DNA from: an uncultured Planctomycetota bacterium
GTDB taxonomy: Bacteria; Planctomycetota; JAFGQW01
Assembly: GCA_964485695.1 (NCBI GenBank)
Contig: CAZAKZ010000177.1
Coordinates: forward strand, 1-10,160
Length of the DNA: 10,160 nt
Reading direction: 5' to 3'
Shown: positions 1 through 6,600 of the stretch, in pieces
How the letters are laid out: the number at the start of each line of letters is the position of its first letter
Position numbering within the stretch: the stretch's first letter is position 1
Notes under the pieces: model-generated
Databases searched by the model: none
What the model saw: the letters and a program-made list of their open reading frames with translations, nothing else
What the model was told of the DNA's origin: nothing
Program-made: the position numbers and the translations under genes

Positions 1-276
1 GAAATGTCCCGATCCAGGACAAAAAGTATCCGTGAGATCCGCACACGGCTCGTACACGAAAACTGTCGAGACGCGTTCACAGTCGTCTATGTCCGTTGGG
101 TATGGGCACGTTTGCCGCCTTCAGGCGGCTCCAAACATACCGCTTTGAGCGGTTCACCCTTTTCAATACCTCCGGCTCTGCCGGAGGATAAGTTATTCAG
201 GCCGCCAACGAGCCGGATGGATGGGCGGAGAGTCAGTGGATTACTGAAGACATTCGAGGATGGCGCGAAAGATCCC

Positions 277-302
277 CCCGGAGGGGGGCGGCCCCCTCCG
301 GG
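277..302 (-). terminator. GC-rich hairpin 25 nt downstream of the SPFH stop. It has an 11-bp stem (cccggaggggg / ccccctccggg) and a 4-nt loop. It may act as an intrinsic terminator for the SPFH transcript.
   Basis: Perfect inverted repeat seen directly: 277-287 pairs with 292-302. On the minus strand it is followed by 'GGGGAUCUUUCG', which is only a weak U-tract. Confidence 0.35.
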
Positions 303-326
303 ACGATCCGAAAACTAGTGCCCTGT

Positions 327-1433
327 TCACAGCAGCTTGACCACCCGTTCGGCCAGGCCGCCTTCGCCCAGGACCACGTTGAGGTTGGTGGTGGCGGCCA
401 CCTTCTCCAGGACCTCGAGCTCACGCAGACGCATCAGCGTCGGGTTCGCCTCCAGGAGCCTGGCGGTGTTGGCCTGAGAACGCATGGCGGCGGTCTCCTC
501 GCGCCGCGTGATGAGCGACGCTTCGGCGGCCTTCTGCGCCTCGGTCACCTTGTTCATGAGGTCCTTCATCTCACCCGGCAGGATCACGTCCCGGATGCCG
601 AGGGACAGCACCTCGACGCCGAAGTCTGCGGCGCGGCCCTTGAGGATGTCCTCGAGAGCGCTGGCCACCGCATCCTTCCGGCCGAGGATACCGTCCAGGT
701 TCTCGGTGCCGATGACGGCTCGAAACGCGAGCTGAGCCTCACGGTAGAGAGTCTGGCTGTAGTCCTCCACCCGGGTCACGGCCCGGACCGCATCCACCAC
801 CTTGTAGGTCACCACGCCGTTCAAGCGCAGTGCGACCTTGTCGGCGGTCATGATCTCCTGGCCGGACACGTCCAGCACGGATTCGCGAAGGTCCAGGGGC
901 TGGATCGTGACCTTGCCCTCGCCCTTCCAGAAGGCGTGGGTTCCGGGCTCCAGCGTCGCTCGGTATTCCCCGTCGTGGAAGAAGAGGGCGACGTGGCCGG
1001 CCTGGACGGTGTGGGAATCGAGCCACGCGTCGGCATCCTTTGCGTTCAGGATGACGGACAGGCTTCGGTGGTCGAAGCGCACCGCCTGACGGGCGTCGAT
1101 GACTTCCACGTCCACGGTGTGGAACACCGTCCACAGAGCATACAGCCCCGGCCCGAGGATGGTCTCGAACCGTCCGTTGATCCACACCAGGGCTCGCTCG
1201 TTTTCCTTGAGGTCGATGACCCGGGCTTCCCCCTTGAGGGCTCCTGACTTCACGATGACGTCCAGGTCCGGGTGCTTGATCCACGGCGCACGCACCGACA
1301 TGGTGGAGACCCGCACTTTGAAGAGCGGGTCCACAAACCAGTGCCGGCCCGGGCCGAGGATGCCCTTGAACACCCTGTCCTTGAAGGTGAAGCCGCGTTC
1401 GAATTCGCGTACCTTGAACGTTCTTACCACCAT
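327..1433 (-). CDS. SPFH/band-7 family protein (slipin/stomatin-like), 368 aa. The C-terminal half carries the SPFH core followed by a coiled-coil-like Ala/Glu-rich tail. The N-terminal roughly 170 aa is a separate soluble domain with no transmembrane segment.
   Basis: Long ORF with consistent high-GC codon usage. The SPFH region reads 'ADKVALRLNGVVTYKVVDAVRAVTRVEDY...LGIRDVILPGEMKDLMNKVTEAQKAAEA...'. A strong RBS is visible on the minus strand ('GGAGGTG' 5 nt before the ATG at 1433). The stop is TGA at 327-329. Confidence 0.8.
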   Translation of the reverse strand: MVVRTFKVREFERGFTFKDRVFKGILGPGRHWFVDPLFKVRVSTMSVRAPWIKHPDLDVIVKSGALKGEARVIDLKENERALVWINGRFETILGPGLYALWTVFHTVDVEVIDARQAVRFDHRSLSVILNAKDADAWLDSHTVQAGHVALFFHDGEYRATLEPGTHAFWKGEGKVTIQPLDLRESVLDVSGQEIMTADKVALRLNGVVTYKVVDAVRAVTRVEDYSQTLYREAQLAFRAVIGTENLDGILGRKDAVASALEDILKGRAADFGVEVLSLGIRDVILPGEMKDLMNKVTEAQKAAEASLITRREETAAMRSQANTARLLEANPTLMRLRELEVLEKVAATTNLNVVLGEGGLAERVVKLL

Positions 1434-1799
1434 GGTTCACCTCCTTCCGAGGCAAATAGCAACGGGATCATTCCCGTATAAATGTGCGAAAAAGGGCCTT
1501 CGGGAGGCGGACTCCGGGTCCACCACACCTCGGGCGCGGAGCGCTGCTTGAGTCCGGGCCCGGTCCTCGGTTCAATGCCGCGGATTCCCGGTCGCTCGTA
1601 TGCGACCGGGATACCCGCGGAACGTCCCGGAACCGGATCCGGGCGGAATCCGCGCACTGCAGGGCGCCGTCGTGTGCTGCTCTCCGCCGCGGGCCACGTC
1701 TCCTTCGCCGCAGGGGCGAAAGGTTACGACCCGCCGGCCGAGAGCCGGCAACACCGGGCGGCCACCTCCCTCCAGCCGGGTGAGAAACCGTCTCGGTGA

Positions 1800-1873
1800 T
1801 GGTAGCTGACGCAGGAGTCGAACCTGCGACATCGAGTTATCAACTCGTGCTCTACCTCCTGAGCTAGTCAGCG
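1800..1873 (-). tRNA. tRNA-Ile (anticodon GAT) with encoded CCA. It is non-canonical, with a C1.U72 mismatch and an anticodon stem of only 4 bp (or 5 bp with an A.A mismatch).
   Basis: The reverse complement reads 'C-GCTGAC-TA-GCTC-AGGAGGTA-GAGC-A-CGAG-TTGATAA-CTCG-ATGTC-GCAGG-TTCGACT-CCTGC-GTCAGCT-A-CCA'. Conserved U8, the GCTC/GAGC D-stem, the T-loop TTCGA, U33 and A37 are all present, and the anticodon is GAU. Confidence 0.7.
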
Positions 1874-2040
1874 ATAGTGCTGGCCCCGTCGATGCCACTC
1901 ACGGAACACACCGCGCTGATCACGGGGTGAAGCGAGGTGCGCCGCTGGCGAGGCGGTTCACAGTTTATTGTTTGAAAAAACACATCCTCCGGGCGCAAAC
2001 CCGAAGAGGTTCTATTGATCCGTGGTCAAACTCCTGCCTG

Positions 2041-2144
2041 ATTTCATCACGTATGAATGAGTCAAAACCGACTCATTCACCTACCATGAAGCAGTTCATA
2101 CGGTCTGAATGAGCCCGAATCGACTCATTCAATGTCAATGAAAT
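2041..2144. repeat. Nested palindromic array: TTCAT-N6-[TGAATGAGTC-N6-GACTCATTCA]-N6-ATGAA-gcag-TTCAT-N6-[TGAATGAGCC-N5-cGACTCATTCA]-N6-ATGAAAT. It contains two 26-bp inverted repeats with 10-bp arms, spaced 52 bp apart. Each inverted repeat is flanked at 6 bp by inverted TTCAT/ATGAA half-sites. The whole array is a 104-bp imperfect palindrome centred at 2092/2093.
   Basis: Seen directly. IR1 arms are 2054-2063 / 2070-2079 and are perfect. IR2 arms are 2106-2115 / 2122-2131 and match 9/10. The flanking 5-mers are at 2043-2047, 2086-2090, 2095-2099 and 2138-2142. The spacer sequences are not conserved but their lengths are. The array lies in an AT-rich noncoding spacer between the tRNA and mscS. 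Confidence 0.55.
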
Positions 2145-2229
2145 CCGGCGTGAGTTCGGTGTAGACGCACCGTCTCCAGGGACTCGTTGCGAGAGGACTG
2201 CCGGGGAAGTGCCCTTTCTCCTTCAGAGC

Positions 2230-2270
2230 AGAAAAAAAGCCTTCCCGGGCCCGGCCCGGGAAGGCTTTTG
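2230..2270 (-). terminator. Strong rho-independent terminator. It has a perfect 14-bp GC-rich stem (aagccttcccgggc / gcccgggaaggctt) and a 3-nt loop. The plus strand has A7 on one side and T4 on the other, so termination should be strong for minus-strand transcripts and weaker and bidirectional for plus.
   Basis: Seen directly: the stem is 2237-2250 / 2254-2267, the A-run is 2232-2238 and the T-run is 2266-2269. Confidence 0.65.
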
Positions 2271-2288
2271 GATCTTCAGGAAAAAATC

Positions 2289-2396
2289 TCAATCCTTCGA
2301 GGGCGCGCCCCTTTCAATGGATAGACCGTCCAAGGTACCCGTCCGTACGGGCCTGCACGGCTGCATATCTATTGCTTGGTGTCTGAAACCGACCAT
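2289..2396 (-). CDS. Candidate small ORF (35 aa, MVGFRHQAIDMQPCRPVRTGTLDGLSIERGAPSKD). It has its own Shine-Dalgarno site and ends 22 nt before the strong terminator. It may be a real small protein or a chance ORF in the mscS 3' region.
   Basis: ATG at 2396-2394 (minus). It is preceded by 'GGGAGA' with an 8-nt spacer. The stop is at 2291-2289. It is the in-frame tail of a long spurious antisense ORF reported in the track. The peptide has no recognisable motif. Confidence 0.2.
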   Translation of the reverse strand: MVGFRHQAIDMQPCRPVRTGTLDGLSIERGAPSKD

Positions 2397-2482
2397 CAGA
2401 ATTGTCTCCCGAATAACCTTGGAGCGAGATGATAGTTCAATACCTGTAAATGTCAACTGGGAAATCGTAATAAAGAAATCGA

Positions 2483-3523
2483 TCACTCGCGCTTCAGGGT
2501 CACCACCCGCTGCGGGAAGGGGATCTCGATACCCTCGTCGGCCAGGCGTTTGTACAAGGCCGTGTTCAGCTGGTCCACGGCGCGGCCGCGGAGCACCGGC
2601 TGGTCGATCCAGGCCATGACCTGGAAGATGAGGGCGGAATCTCCCAGCTCCCGGAACCGGATCCGCGGCGATGGCTGCCGGCCCAGCAGGTCGCAGCTGT
2701 CGGCCGTCTCCTTGAGCACTGTGCGCACCTGGTCCACGTCGCTCCCGTAGGCCACGCCCACGGTGACGCGGACGCGCCGCTTCTCGTGGGGGCCTCCCGT
2801 TTCGTTGACGATCTTGGTGTTGGCGATGACGTTGTTGGGGATGGTGACCTCGATGTCGTCGCGGGTCAGAATCCGGGTGGACCGGATGCCGATTTCCGTG
2901 ACGCGGCCGCGTTCGCCGGAGCCGAGGAGGATGAAGTCGCCGATCTTGTAGGGCGCGTCGGTGAGGATGAAGATGCCGGCGAAGAGGTTGGCCAGGGTGT
3001 CCTTGGCCGCGAAACCGACGGCGATGCCCACGATACCGGCGGAGGCGAGCCAGGCCGTGATGTTCACGTCCCAGGCGAGAAGGACGATGTAGAGGGCGCC
3101 GCCCCACATGAGGACCCTGTGCAGGATGCCGAACAGCGGCAGGGACCGCGCTTCGATGAACTTGTACCTGTCGGCCTTCCGGGCCAGAGCGTCCAGGACC
3201 AGATCGCCGATGCGTAGCCCCGCCCGGGTCCAAACCATGGCACCGAGGGTCACCCAGACGGAATTGGAGAAACTGAGCAGGCCCGCCTTGAGCGGCGGGT
3301 CGAAGCGGCGAAGTGCCAGGGCGATGCCAAAGAAGACCAGGGTCAGGAAGAGCGGCAGCCGCAGCGATCGGAGGATCTCGTCGTCCATGTCGGTGTGGGT
3401 GCGCCGGGCCAGGCGCAGGAGCACCCGGGTCAACAAGAACTGAAGACAGAACGCGGCGCCGAGGGAGATGAGGAGGATTTCCCACGGAGCAAGGTCCTTC
3501 AGCCAGGCCAGGATTTCATTCAT
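2483..3523 (-). CDS. mscS: Mechanosensitive ion channel, MscS family (small-conductance mechanosensitive channel), about 346 aa.
   Basis: Three N-terminal TM helices are followed by the MscS TM3/beta-domain signature 'IAVGFAAKDTLANLFAGIFILTDAPYKIGDFI...GRVTEIGIRSTRILTRDDIEVTIPNNVIANTKIVNET'. The preferred start is the ATG at 3523 (MNEILAWL...), which has the RBS 'AAGGAAG' 8 nt upstream. The track ORF runs to 3592, but that 23-aa extension has no RBS. Confidence 0.9.
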   Translation of the reverse strand: MNEILAWLKDLAPWEILLISLGAAFCLQFLLTRVLLRLARRTHTDMDDEILRSLRLPLFLTLVFFGIALALRRFDPPLKAGLLSFSNSVWVTLGAMVWTRAGLRIGDLVLDALARKADRYKFIEARSLPLFGILHRVLMWGGALYIVLLAWDVNITAWLASAGIVGIAVGFAAKDTLANLFAGIFILTDAPYKIGDFILLGSGERGRVTEIGIRSTRILTRDDIEVTIPNNVIANTKIVNETGGPHEKRRVRVTVGVAYGSDVDQVRTVLKETADSCDLLGRQPSPRIRFRELGDSALIFQVMAWIDQPVLRGRAVDQLNTALYKRLADEGIEIPFPQRVVTLKRE

Positions 3524-3679
3524 GATGGGATCTTCCTTGGTGGTGGTACGGGTGGAGATTGTAGCACTCCGGGTAGGGGGGTGAAGAGCCAATCCCCGGA
3601 AACGAAGAGAGGCCGATTCCCGGTTGCAAACCGTGCGGATCTTCGTACTCTAGGTGCCGCCCTCAAAACGCCGTGGTGG

Positions 3680-6600
3680 ATGAACATGAAAAAAACAGCG
3701 AAAACACCGGTAGGGCAGGATGTTCCGGCCCTGGTCGCCTCTGCGGCCGCCAAGTTCAGGGCAGGGGGCGATTCCCTGTCCGCCTATTCCCTGAAGAGGC
3801 TCTGCACCGCCCTGGAGGCGTGGCGCGATGCACCGGACCCGGTGGACCTGGAGGACCTTGCCACCCTGGCCGAGGAGATCACGGCCCTCCTGGGTCGGGG
3901 CACTGAAAAAGGCACTGAAAAAGAGACCGAAAAGGTCCGACACTGCGCCTGGCGTCTCCTGGATGGGGTGCGCCTGAGACCCACCCTCCGCCGGATCCAC
4001 AAGGCCGGGGCCGTGGACGCCTGGATGGATCGCATTGTCTCCCTCGTCGATGCTTCGGATTACACGGTGCATCGGTTGTTTCACCAGCGCGTCGAGCACT
4101 ACAGGGCCCGGACCCTCTTTCAAACCCTGGGGCCGGGCCGCGGCAAGCGCTGGTCCTGGTTCAACGTGGCCAGCCGGGTGGAGGCCGTGGCCAGAGGGCT
4201 GGTCGCCCTCCTCGGGGAGGATGGGCGCAAACCCGTGGCGATCCTCTCGGAGAATCGGCCCGAGATGATGTTCGTGGATCTGGCCTGCCTCACCTCGGGC
4301 CTGGTGGATGTCATGGTTCCGACCAGCTCCACCGACGCCGATGTGATATTCATCCTCCAGCACTCCCGGGCCGGCACCCTGGTTGTATCGAGGCGGGAGC
4401 ACCTCGAGAAGATCCTGGGCGAACGCGCCACCTTGCCCGATCTGGACCACATCGTCGTCATGGACGGCGCGGCGGACGACGCCCGGAACGTGCTCACGCT
4501 GCAGGATCTGATGGACCGCGGCCGTTCGGTGAAACCGGGCCGGATCAGCCGCATGGGCGGAGCCGTGTGCAGCCACGACCTGGCCACGGTGATGTACACC
4601 TCGGGAACCACCGGCCAGCCCAAGGGCATCATGTTCTCGGATCACAACATCGTGACCAAGCGATTCGCCCGGGCCCTGGCCCTGCCGGAGATCGGTGAGA
4701 AGGACGCTTTCCTCAGCTATCTGCCTCTCTGCCACACCTTCGGTAGATTCCTGGAGATGATGGGATCGATCTTCTGGGGCGCCACCTACACCTTTGTCGA
4801 GCGCCCGGCCATCGAAGTCATGGTCGAGAACTTGCAGCGGGTCCGGCCGACGGTGTTCATCAGCATTCCCAAGAAGTGGATGCAGCTCCACGAGCGCATC
4901 GCCGCCGAGGTCGACGTCGAGACGGCGCCCGAGGCCGACATCCTGGCGGCCGTCCGGGCGGTGACGGGGGGGCGCCTGCGCTGGGGGCTCTCGGCGGCGG
5001 GCTACCTCGACCCCGATATCTTCCGGTTCTTCCAGCGCCAGGGCATCGAGCTCATGAGTGGATTTGGCATGACCGAGGCCACCGGCGGGATCACCATGAC
5101 CCCCCCGGGCCACTATCGAGACGATTCCCTGGGACCGCCGCTCCCGGGCATCGAGGCCCGCCTGAGCGGGGACGGAGAGCTCATGGTCCGCGGACCGTAC
5201 GTCATGACCGGCTACCTCGATCCCGGCGGAAAATCTTCCGATCTGGACGACGGCTGGCTCAGGACGGGCGATCTCATGGAGCAGGATGCCGGTGGGCATT
5301 TTCGTATCGTCGACCGGAAAAAGGAGATCTACAAGAACGTCCGGGGCGAGACCATCGCCCCGCAACGCGTGGAGAACCTGTTCCGGGATTTCGAGGAGGT
5401 GCGCCGGATTTTTCTGGTGGGAGACCACCGCGAGTACAACACGGCCCTCATCGTTCCAAACCTCGACTACGATGGTGTGGACCTCGCCGGCATGTCTTCC
5501 GATGAGCGGCACGAGTATTTCGGTTCCCATGTGGTGTCCGTCAATCGCTTCCTCGTGCCGTACGAACGCATCATCGATTTCGCCCTCATCGACCGTGACT
5601 TCGAGGAATCTCGAGGAGAGCTCACGAAAAAGGGCACCCTGAGGCGAAGCACCATCGTGAGCCATTTCGAAGAAGTCATCGATGGACTCTACCGCCGTAC
5701 GGACCTCCGCATTCGCGGGGAGAACATCGAGATCCGCGTGGCCCGGCGCCTGCTCCAGACCCTCGGTCTCACCGCGAGTGATTTCACCGTGGAGGAGCAC
5801 GCGGTGGTGCTCCGGTCCACGAACACCCGGCTCACGGTCAAGCGGGTCAAGGACTCGGATCACGACATCGTGTTGGGCTCCTGTCGCTACAGGCTGAACC
5901 GGCCTCTCGTCGACCTGGAGCGGTTTCTGTCGGTACCGGCGCTCTGGCTCGGTAACGAGGCCCTGGTCTCGTTCGTGGACCTCGAGCCGTCCTGGCGCCG
6001 GCGCCGGCTGGGCCACCTCGAGGATGCGGTGTGGCGCGGCCGGGCGCGACCGCTTCCGGAGGCCGCCCGGCTGCGTCGGGATCTCGAGGAGAGGGTGTCG
6101 GCCCGGGATCTGGACCTCATGGACGTCCACCTTGCGGCCATGGCCGTCGAGGGCGGCCGGGACCGGGAGGCGAAGACGGGACTCCGGCTCCTGGAGCGCG
6201 CCTTCACCGATGCCAAGGACTACATGGCCGACCTGACCCTGGAGGTGCTGCGACGGACGTCGTTCTCGAAGTCCTCGGCTGTCCGGCGTCGCGGATTCCA
6301 GATCCTGGCGCCCCACGAGCGGTCCGGGATCTTCGCCGAGACCCTGAAGGCATTTCTTCCCCGCATCGATGACCTGCTGGACCGGGAGACCATCGCCCTG
6401 TTCTGCGGCCGTGGCCTGGAAGACGAGAAATTTCAGGCGTTCCTCGAGGCCGTGGAAGGCGCCTCCCCACCGGAGGGGGAAGAGACCGCAGCGATGAAGC
6501 CCCGGTTCGCGGTGGCCCTGCTTCGCTTTCTGGCGGCGTACGGTTCGAAGCACCCGGCCAAGTTCGAGGACGTGCGTTTCCAGATCATCGAGGCTCAGGT

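Noticed and set aside
4-318. 104-aa plus-strand ORF at the window start (frame open from nt 1)
   Set aside because: It has no RBS or motif. Its C-terminus is just the translation of a GC hairpin ('PPGGGRPPPG'). The region looks noncoding and structured.
1424-1898. Several 70-110-aa ORFs on both strands between the SPFH gene and the tRNA (1482..1799+, 1484..1783+, 1572..1898-, 1424..1657-)
   Set aside because: They overlap one another, the SPFH start or the tRNA. They are low-complexity and lack RBSs. They are typical chance ORFs in GC-rich noncoding DNA.
1927-2112. 61-aa ORF covering the palindromic array
   Set aside because: The ORF is built from the palindromic repeats themselves and has no RBS. 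It is more parsimonious as a noncoding regulatory or repeat region.
2289-3485. 398-aa minus-strand ORF overlapping mscS in another frame
   Set aside because: It is an out-of-frame overlap with the well-supported MscS CDS and its translation is Arg/Pro/Gly/His low-complexity. Only its last 35 codons, which have their own RBS, are retained as a low-confidence small-ORF candidate.
3395-3679. Upstream extension of the large ORF to an ATG at 3395
   Set aside because: It would overlap the mscS 5' coding region antisense by at least 130 bp and has no RBS. The ATGs at 3680 and 3686 sit right after a GGTGG Shine-Dalgarno-like element and the mscS divergent intergenic space.
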